Assembly (NCBI GenBank): GCA_045638885.1
Contig: JAZUBY010000067.1
Location: 663-64,662 of the forward strand
Length of the DNA: 64,000 bases
Direction: 5' to 3'
From: Emergencia sp.
GTDB taxonomy: Bacteria; Bacillota; Clostridia; Peptostreptococcales; Anaerovoracaceae
Below are positions 51,577 to 61,696 of this stretch, piece by piece (the stretch's first letter is position 1; each line of letters starts with the position of its first letter). The notes beneath the pieces were generated by a model. The model was not told where the DNA came from. It searched no databases and saw only the letters and a program-made list of their open reading frames with translations. A program made the translations under genes and the position numbers.

Positions 51577-52971
51577 TTATTCAGCAGTACGCCAACATCC
51601 TGAAACGATTTCGCTGTCTGTCGAATTCGCAGTGTTATTGTTATGAATTGCTTTTACTTTATAGTAATATTCAACATTTGGTTCTACTGCTTTTGTATTC
51701 ACATAGCTTGTTGCTCTGTTTCTATACATTCTCTTATACGGACCATCTGCACTTTCCGCTCTGTAGATTTCATAGTTAATGGCTTCATCCACTTCATCCC
51801 ATACCAAGCTCACATATCCGGTTCCAGCGTCATTTCCCACTGTTACGACAGGTCTCGGAAGGCTACATATAGCATGTGTAAGTTCACTAAGCTCTGACTG
51901 AGCAAATTGATTTGTGACATCTGCAGCTTTTACCTTGTAGAAGTAACGCTTACCGATTTCAGCATTTATATCTGTATACTCTGTACATACACTAGATCCT
52001 GCATATGCAAATGTCTCGTCTTTGCTTTTCGCTCTATAGATGAAATACTTATTAGCGCCCTTGACTTCAGTCCAGGAAACCTGTGGTCTGCCACTACAAG
52101 GCATACTAACTGCTCTTACATTCGTTGGTACTTCAAGTGTCTCTGCACATTCAACCAAATGACTTTGTACTAAAGTGACCTTTCCGGCAATTACGTCTTC
52201 TTTCAGGACAAATCCGTCAATGCACGCTTCTTCATTCTTAATCCCATAAGTATTGAACCATAAACGTCTCATTTCAGCACCTGTGCATGCATCAATTAAA
52301 GCGCACTTTTTCAAATCATATTCAAGCCCATGTTTTTTGTCCTTTATATAGGCAGTGCCTTTGTAGACATATTTTAACTCTGTACCATCTTCTGCAACCA
52401 TGGAGTTCAGGTATTCCTCAATTCCTTTCACACCAGCTACTAAGATAGCATTGTCTCTATCTCCTAAACATTTATTTTCCTTAATGCCCAGAACCTGATT
52501 ATCGCGATTGATAGCTTCGACTGCTTTTATTTCAGCTTTCGCTTTTCTTATAAAAGGATTTATTCTATCTACAAAAGTATCTTCATATCGCTTAACGCCA
52601 CCATCCGTCAAGATTGTCAAGCCTAGCATAGAATAAATTTCATCCTCTTTGAGGTCATGAAAGTTTTCTTTTGCGTAACGAAAGGCACCATATACATCAT
52701 TGCCACGTGCTGCATAAATTTTGTTCAGTTCGATATATTGATTGAATAGCGTTTTTAAGTTATGTTTTGGAAATGCCAGTTGCAACATTTCTCCTACAAA
52801 GAAAAAAACATCTTTATTATCTCTGAACACTTCACTTTTGTCAGCCGAACTAATAGATTTATATAATCCCTCTATTTTACGAGTAAGGCTAGCGTTCTTG
52901 CTCCACTTTATAAAGCTGCCTACGGCAAGGGCAACAACAACTATACCTACCAAAATTTCCATTACACCCAT
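51577..52971 (-). CDS. membrane-anchored protein with two C-terminal fibronectin type III-like repeats
   Basis: N-terminal TM; VSWTEVKGANKYFIYRA...YFYKVKA and LVWDEVDEAINYEIYRA...YYYKVKA. Confidence 0.75.
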   Translation of the reverse strand: MGVMEILVGIVVVALAVGSFIKWSKNASLTRKIEGLYKSISSADKSEVFRDNKDVFFFVGEMLQLAFPKHNLKTLFNQYIELNKIYAARGNDVYGAFRYAKENFHDLKEDEIYSMLGLTILTDGGVKRYEDTFVDRINPFIRKAKAEIKAVEAINRDNQVLGIKENKCLGDRDNAILVAGVKGIEEYLNSMVAEDGTELKYVYKGTAYIKDKKHGLEYDLKKCALIDACTGAEMRRLWFNTYGIKNEEACIDGFVLKEDVIAGKVTLVQSHLVECAETLEVPTNVRAVSMPCSGRPQVSWTEVKGANKYFIYRAKSKDETFAYAGSSVCTEYTDINAEIGKRYFYKVKAADVTNQFAQSELSELTHAICSLPRPVVTVGNDAGTGYVSLVWDEVDEAINYEIYRAESADGPYKRMYRNRATSYVNTKAVEPNVEYYYKVKAIHNNNTANSTDSEIVSGCWRTAE

Positions 52972-53114
52972 GCTAATTCCTCCTTCAGGTTACGTTTGAT
53001 TTATCTTATATACTGCATGTTTACTACAGCTTGGATAATTCTTAAAAATACATTATTACTACATGCATAATCGTTTTAATTTTATCATAAATTTAGTTTT
53101 TTCGCAATATTTCA

Positions 53115-54035
53115 TTACAGTGCCTCCAGTAGCATCGCAAACACTGGTATGGTCACAACTGACAACAATGTCGATAGCAGCACACACTTTGACGCAAACT
53201 GGGTATTCCCCTTGTACTGCTCTACAAAAATCACCGTACAGGTTGCCACTGGCATAGCGATTTCCATAGCGATAACCTTTGTGAGAACAGTCATCTCTAC
53301 CCCGAATCCCCACAAAGCCAGCACCACGATGGCCGGCAGCACCAAAAGGCGGAATCCACTGACAATATAAGCAGTTCGGTCTCCTAGCATGTCTTTGAGG
53401 TTCATCTTACCCAGTTTATAGCCAATAATAAACATGGCCAGTGGTGTTGTAATGCCACCAACCGTCGCCAACGTGTCTGCGAGAACAGTCGGCAGTTTGA
53501 TGTCCAGCAGAAACAGGCTGACACCAATAACGATGCTGATAAGCCCTGGTGTAATCAGTTCCTTCGGGTTGTTTTTGATGATTACACCCATGGACTTTTT
53601 GACGAGGAATGTTCCCACGGTAAACACAAAGATATCACTTAAAGAATCCATCAATGCTGCATAGAAGACCCCTTCTTCACCATACAGAGTCTCACAAACC
53701 GGAATTCCCATGAAGCCGGTATTGCTGAACAGAAACATATAAATAATCAAATACGCGATCTGATCGTCTGTCTTTAGAAATCGACAAAGCACCATACCTA
53801 CCGCATAGGCTAATACCGATATGACAACAAATGCGCCAGCCAGCAGCCCGGAATTGATAACCAGGGTCTCTGAAAAATCCATTTGCAATGCCGTGATAAC
53901 CAAGCAAGGCCATGCAATATTCACAACAATAGATGAAATCCCTTCGCACTGCTTTTCGTCTATGATATTCTTCCGACCGAAGTATATGCCCGGCAGCAGA
54001 ATCAGAAATATTTTCAGTAAGGATAATGTGGTCAT
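53115..54035 (-). CDS. AEC (auxin efflux carrier) family transporter
   Basis: SNTGFMGIP, TTPLAMFIIG, AMPVA, STLLSVVTIP. Confidence 0.9.
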   Translation of the reverse strand: MTTLSLLKIFLILLPGIYFGRKNIIDEKQCEGISSIVVNIAWPCLVITALQMDFSETLVINSGLLAGAFVVISVLAYAVGMVLCRFLKTDDQIAYLIIYMFLFSNTGFMGIPVCETLYGEEGVFYAALMDSLSDIFVFTVGTFLVKKSMGVIIKNNPKELITPGLISIVIGVSLFLLDIKLPTVLADTLATVGGITTPLAMFIIGYKLGKMNLKDMLGDRTAYIVSGFRLLVLPAIVVLALWGFGVEMTVLTKVIAMEIAMPVATCTVIFVEQYKGNTQFASKCVLLSTLLSVVTIPVFAMLLEAL

Positions 54036-54862
54036 GGTATTGCAACCTCTCCATTCTCGTAAGCTTCATAAAACTGAACATAGTATAAATACAGGTGGTA
54101 ATCCCGCTCAATTACGCCTCCCGTAAAAGGATTTCTATATCCTATGATATCCGTATAGGGCATGAATCCATAGAATGCATATACCGCATCTTCAATACCA
54201 ACATCATAGCTGGAATCACAAGCATAACCGGTATACGTATCGCATAGATAGTCCGTTACCTCTTCATAGGACACAGCTCCCCAATAAGTTTCTAGAAATT
54301 TCATCATCATTTTGTCAGTTTTTCTACCCTCATACTTGCCAATCCCGCCTTGTGCATATTCCCTTGGATGGTCTTTCGCATAGGCTTCAATGTATACCTT
54401 TGATGCTTCTGCAACCTCAGCGATATATGTATCCTTTTCTTGCACTTGTTCGTACTGTGATAAATACACATATTGTTCCGGCTCAAATCTGTCTACAGGA
54501 ATCCGCTCAGCAATAATAAAAATTACTGCAATAAAAGCTAAAGCCAGCATCGGATTCCCCTTATTTTTCCCTTTGATTTTCACCTTCTTTGGTTTCCCAC
54601 TTTTTTCTAATCGAGCCTGAACCAATAGTTTCTCCATTGCATCTGCATCGCCGATTACAGTGTCAGGCGGGTTTTGTCCCGTTTCACGATGTAGCAAAAT
54701 TGCACAATAGGCCTCTTTCAGTCGTTCTCGCTTTACCTTAATATAAGCCTGGTCATCACTAGGCAAGTCTTTCAATGCGTCAAGTTCTCTTTGATAAGCC
54801 TGTTCTATTTCTTGCATTGTAGCACTATAAGCTACACCTAATTGTCGATAATAATTTTTCAT
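54032..54862 (-). CDS. J-domain-like membrane protein
   Basis: KNYYRQLGV..SAT..EIEQAY...LKEAY pattern lacking HPD; central TM. Confidence 0.6.
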   Translation of the reverse strand: MKNYYRQLGVAYSATMQEIEQAYQRELDALKDLPSDDQAYIKVKRERLKEAYCAILLHRETGQNPPDTVIGDADAMEKLLVQARLEKSGKPKKVKIKGKNKGNPMLALAFIAVIFIIAERIPVDRFEPEQYVYLSQYEQVQEKDTYIAEVAEASKVYIEAYAKDHPREYAQGGIGKYEGRKTDKMMMKFLETYWGAVSYEEVTDYLCDTYTGYACDSSYDVGIEDAVYAFYGFMPYTDIIGYRNPFTGGVIERDYHLYLYYVQFYEAYENGEVAIP

Positions 54863-54873
54863 CTCGTTTACCT

Positions 54874-55503
54874 TTAGGTCTTTTCTACAAAATCATAATA
54901 AAAGAAATTCCCCACAATATGTTCTACATATAAATAAGAATCTTTTTCCCCCAGAGCCAGATAGCCTCCCTCATAGGGTTGAAAAGTTTTATAAGCTTCC
55001 ATATCTGCATAGAGATTTAGAATTTCAGTATAGTCTTCATTCTCTGCGTAATAAAATCCTTCTTCTGACCACAGAGATGATCTTATTGCTGGAAGCATTA
55101 ACGTTTTGCGAAAAACAATCCCATCAGTACTAATGACTCTCATATGATTCACAATACGCAAATTCAGTGCACCTAAAATAGGTTCTGCTTTGATTGATTC
55201 GTATATGTAGTCTTCATCTTGTGGTATTTCCGCATAAATGCCTTTGATGGAGTCGTAAGGAGGATCCAACAACCCAGTCTTTTCCGTAGTATGGATTTCT
55301 GTCCACTTCGGATATACGCGTAACTGTGATGCGGCCATCTTCAGTTCATCCTGGTGCTCTTTGACCTGTGCTACTATCTCAGCATCTGCCTGTAGGGTTT
55401 CTCCCGTAGCATCCATCATCAAAGCAATTCCGCCAACAAGCATGATTAAGAATATAGCTACAATTCCAAGCAATAATTTTCTTTCTAAATTCGAAAACTT
55501 CAT
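54874..55503 (-). CDS. membrane-anchored hypothetical protein
   Basis: N-terminal TM; ATG 55503 behind GGAAGG. Confidence 0.65.
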   Translation of the reverse strand: MKFSNLERKLLLGIVAIFLIMLVGGIALMMDATGETLQADAEIVAQVKEHQDELKMAASQLRVYPKWTEIHTTEKTGLLDPPYDSIKGIYAEIPQDEDYIYESIKAEPILGALNLRIVNHMRVISTDGIVFRKTLMLPAIRSSLWSEEGFYYAENEDYTEILNLYADMEAYKTFQPYEGGYLALGEKDSYLYVEHIVGNFFYYDFVEKT

Positions 55504-55615
55504 TGTCTCTAACCTTCCTATTTCGCTCATTATATCACAGCACCTGTCCAAAGTCAGTTGCAAATTCTTCTCTTCTCATATTATAATGACCTTATCATAA
55601 GCAGGAGGTGCACCC

Positions 55616-56044
55616 ATGAGTTTATACATGTTCTGGCCAATTCTACTGGCCGTTTTTTCCGATATTTTCTATCAGATTAGTGCAAAGTCTACACCAGAGA
55701 CGCTGAACCCGCTGGCTTCTTTGACCGTCACTTACATGGTTGGTGCAGCCGTATCTGCAGCCATCTTTTTCATCATGAATCCGGGTCAAAACATTCTAGC
55801 CGAGTGGAAAGGTCTTAACTGGGCAGCCTTTGTTCTTGGGGTTGCCATCGTCGGGCTGGAAGTAGGCAGTATTTATATGTACAAAGTGGGCTGGAACGTG
55901 AATGCCGGCTACATTGTAAAGTCTGGTATTCTGGCAGTTGCCCTCATCGCAGTAGGCTACTTCCTTTATAAAGAAGATTTCACTACAACAAAAGCAGCCG
56001 GTATTGCCGCCTGCCTGTTGGGATTATATCTGATTAACAAGTAA
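55616..56044 (+). CDS. EamA/DMT family small transporter
   Basis: Five hydrophobic segments, VGYFLYKEDFTTTKAAG; AGGAGG RBS. Confidence 0.85.
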   Translation: MSLYMFWPILLAVFSDIFYQISAKSTPETLNPLASLTVTYMVGAAVSAAIFFIMNPGQNILAEWKGLNWAAFVLGVAIVGLEVGSIYMYKVGWNVNAGYIVKSGILAVALIAVGYFLYKEDFTTTKAAGIAACLLGLYLINK

Positions 56045-56063
56045 ATACTTATCAAAAGCAATG

Positions 56064-56095
56064 AAGGCTGACATCAATCGAATGTCAGCCTTTTT
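56064..56095. terminator. bidirectional terminator
   Basis: AAGGCTGACAT...ATGTCAGCCTTTTT between convergent genes. Confidence 0.8.
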
Positions 56096-56100
56096 CTATT

Positions 56101-56607
56101 TTATTCTCTTTCCATCTCTGCATGTTTGATTACTGTTCTCGCACAATAAGCAATGATTTCCATGCAGTTTTTGATTCTTGGCTTAGAGTCGAAGTCGTCA
56201 TACTGTTTGGACATTTCCCTACAGATTAACGTTCCATACTCGCCTTCAATTTCTTTGATCAGCTTTTCGAAAACAGGATAGATGTCACCCTGCAGATGCT
56301 TGATGCGGGCAGCCATTTCTTCCTTTGGACCAAATGGATCGCGTCTTCCCTCTGTCAGGCCTAGTGCCATTACAGACCCGGTAATAGCTCCACATGTATT
56401 CTTAGTGTGGCCCATACCGCCGCCAAAACCTGTTGCCATGCAGATGACCTCTTCAGGCATTCCTGTCTCGTAAATATCCATGAAGGTTCTCAGAACACAC
56501 TCTGTGCAGTTGAGTCCCTGTCTGAAATAGCCGCGAGACTGCTGGTCTGCCAGTTCCATCAGTTCTTCTAAGCTTTTATCTTTTGCAATCTCTTTCTTCG
56601 TTGCCAT
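56101..56607 (-). CDS. C-GCAxxG-C-C family redox protein
   Basis: NCTE, GFGGG, TCGAITG, LICRE, NC. Confidence 0.88.
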   Translation of the reverse strand: MATKKEIAKDKSLEELMELADQQSRGYFRQGLNCTECVLRTFMDIYETGMPEEVICMATGFGGGMGHTKNTCGAITGSVMALGLTEGRRDPFGPKEEMAARIKHLQGDIYPVFEKLIKEIEGEYGTLICREMSKQYDDFDSKPRIKNCMEIIAYCARTVIKHAEMERE

Positions 56608-56615
56608 GATTTCTC

Positions 56616-58574
56616 CTACTTTTGATTGTATTTTTCCTTCAACAGACCCTTACGGTAGGCTTTTACCAGTTCCTTCAGATTATCGACTTCTTCCTGCAGT
56701 TCAACACCCTGGTCCGTATCCACAACCAGCATACGTTCCGGTAATACGGCTACGGTCTTCATGTCAGGAGAATGGAATACCTGAGTACCGTCTTCCTGCA
56801 ATGGTTCATATGGCTTGTGCTCTGCCAATGCCATAAATCTGGAGTTGAAGATAAAGGTATAGCCTGCGATACCAGTCTGCTTCTGGTATGCCTTGGAGAT
56901 ACCGCCATCGATTACAAACAGCAGTCCGCCTCCCTTGATTGGGCTTTCACCGTCTTTGATCTTAACAGGCACGTGACCATTGAGAATCTTGGACGTTCTA
57001 GGATCCAGTCCGAACTCTTTCAGGATCTTTTCGCAAGGCTCTCTGTCCTTAATGAATTTATAATATGGTCTTGTAAATTCTTTGTGGGAAGCTTTGTCTG
57101 CAATGAATAAACGTTCAAAGGTTGTCATCTTTGCCTTACCGAACAGTGGTGAGTTACCGCCCAGCCACAGGTACCACATCAAGTCACCCATACGGCCGAT
57201 TTCCTCAGATTCATCCGGTGAAAAGTACGCCTTACGCACTTCACTATCCAGGTAATCCATCAAAGCCTTGCCCTTATGGGTTGCACCGTTGATGGTAACC
57301 TCTTCAAACTCTCCATCTTCTGTCATTGGAATACATCCATGGTACAGCAGGTTGCCATTGATAATCTGGTACAGGGCGCCATGGCTGTATAAGAAGCGGA
57401 TGTGCTTCTGCAGCTTTTCAGAGTTCAGAATGGATGCTTCTAACGTATCCATAACCTGATACTCTTCTTCTGTTAATTCATAAGGATTGTTTGGATCCAC
57501 AGTCGGCATGTTGGTATCACGCAGCTCATAAGTGTTGCCTTCGATTTCAACAGTGCCGTTTTCCCAGTTAATCTTATCCAGAATCAGTCTATGTTCCATC
57601 TTGTATTCCGGATGAGCCATAATTCTCTGACCTTCCAGCTTGAACTGCATAATCGCAATGGCCTTATGCATCTTTGCCGCCAGACTCGCTTCTACCTGGT
57701 CAAACTGATTCTTTTCGATGATGTGCGGTTTGAAGAATTCGCAAGGGTCATCACCGTAAACCTTCTGTGCAAACATGGACAAAGGTCTCAGGTTGATACC
57801 ATAACCAATTTCCAGCATATCAAAGTTGTTATAGCTGATGTTCATACGCAAGATATTGGAGATGCACGCCCAGTTTCCTGTTGCTGCACCCATCCATACG
57901 ACGTCATGGTTCCCCCACTGGAAGTCTACATCGTGATAGTCCATCAGGAAGTCCATGATGGTATCAGGATGAGCACCTCTGTCGTAGATATCCCCGATAA
58001 TATGCAAATGATCCACCGCAAGATTACTAATCGCTTCTGCCAGTTCGATAATAAAATCTTCTGCCATACCGGTCTCAACAATCGTACGGATGATAGAATC
58101 ATAATAATGTGTCTTGTTTTCTTCATCATCTGCATGAAGCAGTTCGTCCATAGCATAATCCCAGTACTTTGGCAGTCTGCGTCTTACTCTGGATCTGGAA
58201 TATTTTGTAGAAACAGACTGACAAATGGTTACCAGACGGAAAATTACCGTTGTACACCACTTATCAAAGTCCTTTTCATTCTTCTTTCTGCGCTTAATCT
58301 CCGCTTTTGCGTTATAGATCAAAGCTGCCAGATCTTCTCTATCTCCTTCACTCAAAACTCTGCCATAGTGCTCATCAATCTTCGCTTTGATGGTACCGGA
58401 TGCACTCTTTAGCATATGTACAAAAGCTTCATGTTCCCCGTGCAGGTCACTTAAGAAGTATTCTGTACCCTTTGGCAAAGCCAGAATTGCGTTTAAGTTA
58501 ATAATTTCTGCTGTTGCTGCTTTGATGTTTGGATAATCCTTAGAAAGCAGCTCCAGGAATTTTAAGTCCGCCAT
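56616..58574 (-). CDS. fbp: fructose-1,6-bisphosphatase class 3
   Basis: LPKGTEYFLSDLHGE, GDIYDRG, QWGNHD, NGHVPVK, IDGGISKAYQ; ATG 58574. Confidence 0.95.
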   Translation of the reverse strand: MADLKFLELLSKDYPNIKAATAEIINLNAILALPKGTEYFLSDLHGEHEAFVHMLKSASGTIKAKIDEHYGRVLSEGDREDLAALIYNAKAEIKRRKKNEKDFDKWCTTVIFRLVTICQSVSTKYSRSRVRRRLPKYWDYAMDELLHADDEENKTHYYDSIIRTIVETGMAEDFIIELAEAISNLAVDHLHIIGDIYDRGAHPDTIMDFLMDYHDVDFQWGNHDVVWMGAATGNWACISNILRMNISYNNFDMLEIGYGINLRPLSMFAQKVYGDDPCEFFKPHIIEKNQFDQVEASLAAKMHKAIAIMQFKLEGQRIMAHPEYKMEHRLILDKINWENGTVEIEGNTYELRDTNMPTVDPNNPYELTEEEYQVMDTLEASILNSEKLQKHIRFLYSHGALYQIINGNLLYHGCIPMTEDGEFEEVTINGATHKGKALMDYLDSEVRKAYFSPDESEEIGRMGDLMWYLWLGGNSPLFGKAKMTTFERLFIADKASHKEFTRPYYKFIKDREPCEKILKEFGLDPRTSKILNGHVPVKIKDGESPIKGGGLLFVIDGGISKAYQKQTGIAGYTFIFNSRFMALAEHKPYEPLQEDGTQVFHSPDMKTVAVLPERMLVVDTDQGVELQEEVDNLKELVKAYRKGLLKEKYNQK

Positions 58575-58677
58575 TTTTTCCTCCCTTTTTATAAGAAACA
58601 ACGTAATTATATTATATACTTTTGCGTCTATTTTGTCCACAGCCGCATAAAGTAAATGAGAAGGAGGCCTGGACAAT

Positions 58678-59613
58678 ATGAGAACCCGAATCCCCTATAA
58701 CTATGTGATTCCCTATATCCTTGCGGTGTTGTTTTTTCTCCTGGCAGTACCCTTTGCTGCAATCCAGTTATTCCCCCGTCTCATAGATGATATACCACAA
58801 AATACGTTAGATATCACCCTGCCGGAAACAGTTTCTGTATATATTTCTGCAAAAGAAAAAACAATGCAGATCCCATTCGAAGAATATATCGTAGGCGTTG
58901 TAGCATCGGAAATGCCTGATTCCTTTGAGGAAGAAGCCCTCAAAGCCCAAGCCGTTGCCAGCCGCACCTACGCACTCGGGCGGATCAAAAACGGCACACA
59001 GCTTTGCGACACGGTCCATTGCCAAGTCTATCGGGATCACGATATCCCAAAGAAGGTCAGAAAAGCAGTTCTTGCAACTGCCGGTCAGATATTAACTTAT
59101 CACGATAAACTGGCCAGCCAGGCACTTTACTTTTCTTCCAGTGCCGGCGATACAGAAAATGCGGAAGATGTATTTTCCAACGCCTATCCTTATCTGGTCA
59201 GCGTCTCCAGCAGCTATGAGCCCGGTGCCACCCATGAAAAAGAAAAACTGGTTCTGTCTTTAAAAGAATTTCGTAAAACCGTGAAAGACACCTTCCCTGA
59301 GGTGGATTTCGGGACAATCAAAACGTCCAACATCGAAGTCTGCAGCCGTACAAAAGGTGGACGCGTAGACGAATTGAAAATAGGCGATGCAGTATTGCAC
59401 GGTGAAGATTTGCGTACTGCATTAAAGCTCTACTCAACCCGTTTTGTGATTACGACACGTGGTAGAAAAATCATCATCACCACCAGCGGTTCCGGCCATG
59501 GCGTGGGCATGAGCCAATATGGTGCCAATGGTCTGGCAAAACGTGGTCAGAATTACCAACAAATTTTAAAACACTATTACAAAGGCATTACCGTTACAAC
59601 TTGCAAAAACTAA
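58678..59613 (+). CDS. spoIID: stage II sporulation protein D (SpoIID/LytB)
   Basis: EEYIVGVVASEMP, EALKAQAVASRTY, CDTVHCQVY, GHGVGMSQYGA. Confidence 0.82.
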   Translation: MRTRIPYNYVIPYILAVLFFLLAVPFAAIQLFPRLIDDIPQNTLDITLPETVSVYISAKEKTMQIPFEEYIVGVVASEMPDSFEEEALKAQAVASRTYALGRIKNGTQLCDTVHCQVYRDHDIPKKVRKAVLATAGQILTYHDKLASQALYFSSSAGDTENAEDVFSNAYPYLVSVSSSYEPGATHEKEKLVLSLKEFRKTVKDTFPEVDFGTIKTSNIEVCSRTKGGRVDELKIGDAVLHGEDLRTALKLYSTRFVITTRGRKIIITTSGSGHGVGMSQYGANGLAKRGQNYQQILKHYYKGITVTTCKN

Positions 59614-59642
59614 AAAAGAGGCTGTCTCTCAGACAGCCTCTT
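59612..59642. terminator. bidirectional terminator between spoIID and murA
   Basis: AAGAGGCTGTCT-ctc-AGACAGCCTCTT. Confidence 0.8.
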
Positions 59643-59653
59643 CAAATAAGCGA

Positions 59654-60925
59654 TTATTCATCAATTCTGAAAATCGTAGCCCCTAAGCCCTTGAACTTTT
59701 CAATGAACTTTTCGTAGCCACGTTCAATATGATAGATTTCGGAGATTTCTGTTGTACCCTCTGCTACCAGACCCGCCAGAACCAATGCAGCACCTGCTCT
59801 CAGGTCTGTTGAAATAACCTGGGCACCTTCTAAATGCTTGCCGCCCTGAATCAATGCCTTGTTATCTCCGTCAGTTTTAATATTTGCGCCCATACGGTTC
59901 AGTTCCGCAACATGCATGAAACGGTTTTCGAACACAGTTTCAATAACTGAACTTGCACCTTCTACCGTTGTCAGGTACGCCATAAACGGAGACTGAATGT
60001 CTGTAGGGAAACCTGGATAAGGCAGCGTTTTGATATCTGTTGCTACCAGGTTTGGATTCTGATCCGCAATAACATACATACCTTCATCTGTCATCTCAAC
60101 CTGAACACCGGATTCTCTTAACTTCGCAGTGATTGGTTTTACATGGTCAGGTACCACATTCTTAATCAGAATCTGTCCACGTGTGATTGCTGCTGCCAGC
60201 ATGAATGTACCCGTTTCGATTCTGTCCGGAATCACTGTGTGCTGTGCACCATGCAGTCTTTCTACCCCTTCAATTTTGATGGTATCAGTACCGGCACCTT
60301 TGATTTTCGCTCCCATCTTATTTAAGAAGTTCGCCTGGTCAACGATTTCCGGTTCCTGTGCCGCATTTTCGATGTAAGTTGTTCCCTTTGCCAGAACAGC
60401 CGCACTCATGATATTTTCAGTCGCACCAACGCTAGGGAAGTCCAGATAGATGCTTGTGCCAACTAATCCGCCTTCCGGTGCAATGGCTTCGATGTAATTT
60501 TCTTTCATAATGATTTCAGCACCAAGCGCATGGAAGCCCTTTAGGTGCAGGTCAATTGGTCTGGCACCGATTGTGCAGCCACCAGGTGCATGAACCTTCG
60601 CTCTGCCTGTACGTGCCAGTAACGGTCCCATAACCAGGAAAGATGCACGCATCTTACTTACCAGGTCATAATCCGCTTCATTACTTTTAATTTCCGGTGT
60701 ATAAATCTCAAGAACTGATTCATCTAACTTTGTTACTTCAGATCCTAAAGATTTTAAAATTTCTGTAATTACTTCTACGTCACGAAGAGCAGGTACGTCC
60801 CTAAGTACGCATTTTTCTTCTGCTAAAAGTGCAGATGCCATCAAAGGCAGCACCGCATTCTTTGCGCCGCTGATTGTAACTTCCCCGTTCAATGGTCCGC
60901 TTTTCTGAACTAAAAACTTCGCCAC
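59654..60925 (-). CDS. murA: UDP-N-acetylglucosamine 1-carboxyvinyltransferase
   Basis: SGAKNAVLP, PGGCTIGARP (catalytic Cys), SVGATEN, DLRAGA. Confidence 0.97.
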   Translation of the reverse strand: MAKFLVQKSGPLNGEVTISGAKNAVLPLMASALLAEEKCVLRDVPALRDVEVITEILKSLGSEVTKLDESVLEIYTPEIKSNEADYDLVSKMRASFLVMGPLLARTGRAKVHAPGGCTIGARPIDLHLKGFHALGAEIIMKENYIEAIAPEGGLVGTSIYLDFPSVGATENIMSAAVLAKGTTYIENAAQEPEIVDQANFLNKMGAKIKGAGTDTIKIEGVERLHGAQHTVIPDRIETGTFMLAAAITRGQILIKNVVPDHVKPITAKLRESGVQVEMTDEGMYVIADQNPNLVATDIKTLPYPGFPTDIQSPFMAYLTTVEGASSVIETVFENRFMHVAELNRMGANIKTDGDNKALIQGGKHLEGAQVISTDLRAGAALVLAGLVAEGTTEISEIYHIERGYEKFIEKFKGLGATIFRIDE

Positions 60926-61020
60926 TTTATTCCTCCATTAGCTATATGTATCGTCTCGCTTTGCCTAATTCTCTTAACGACAAAAAGCCCGAGCATGCAG
61001 GCTTTCGTAAGGATGCAAAA

Positions 61021-61263
61021 CTATAACTTTTTCAATTCTTCAATACAGTTTCCGCAAACTGTTTTACCATGAATTACCTTTACATCATCCATAGATCCAC
61101 AGAAAACGCAGGATGGTTCGTACTTCTTCAGCATAATATACTGACCATCAACGAAGATTTCCAGAGAATCTTCAGTCTTGATGCCTAAGTTTCTTCTCAG
61201 TTCAACTGGAATAACCACTCTGCCCAATGCGTCCACTGGTCTTACAATGCCTGTCGCTTTCAT
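61021..61263 (-). CDS. abrB: AbrB-family transition-state regulator
   Basis: MKATGIVRPVDALGRVVIPVELRR plus C-terminal CVFC...CGNC. Confidence 0.92.
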   Translation of the reverse strand: MKATGIVRPVDALGRVVIPVELRRNLGIKTEDSLEIFVDGQYIMLKKYEPSCVFCGSMDDVKVIHGKTVCGNCIEELKKL

Positions 61264-61281
61264 AAAAATCTCCTTTCAATC

Positions 61282-61638
61282 CTAATATTTATTGATTGCT
61301 TTCTTTCTCTTCTTCTTGGATTTATCATTTCTGAATAAATTTTTCAGAGAAGCTGCAGTCTTTGCAACATTGGCAACTGCACCGAAAGTACTGGAGTCAC
61401 CTTTTACCGCACTGGAAACGTCTGCAACTGCAGCCTGAATATTTCCAATCATGTCATTGACTTCCAAGGATTTTTCCGCAGCAACACCTGAAACAACAGA
61501 TGCATCTTCTAAAATTCTATTCAGATTTTTGATAGTTGTCACAAGATTTTTTGCAACAACAACTAAATAGCACACCAACACAACCGCAGCAACAAGCAGC
61601 AGGTAAATCAGTGCAGTCTTTATATCAATTGTAATCAT
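61282..61638 (-). CDS. small membrane protein (DUF948-like)
   Basis: N-terminal TM followed by coiled coil; AGGAGG RBS. Confidence 0.6.
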   Translation of the reverse strand: MITIDIKTALIYLLLVAAVVLVCYLVVVAKNLVTTIKNLNRILEDASVVSGVAAEKSLEVNDMIGNIQAAVADVSSAVKGDSSTFGAVANVAKTAASLKNLFRNDKSKKKRKKAINKY

Positions 61639-61696
61639 ATGTCCAATCCTCCTGTATATGGAGTATTATACCAATTTTGCCAGTAATCAGCAACCT

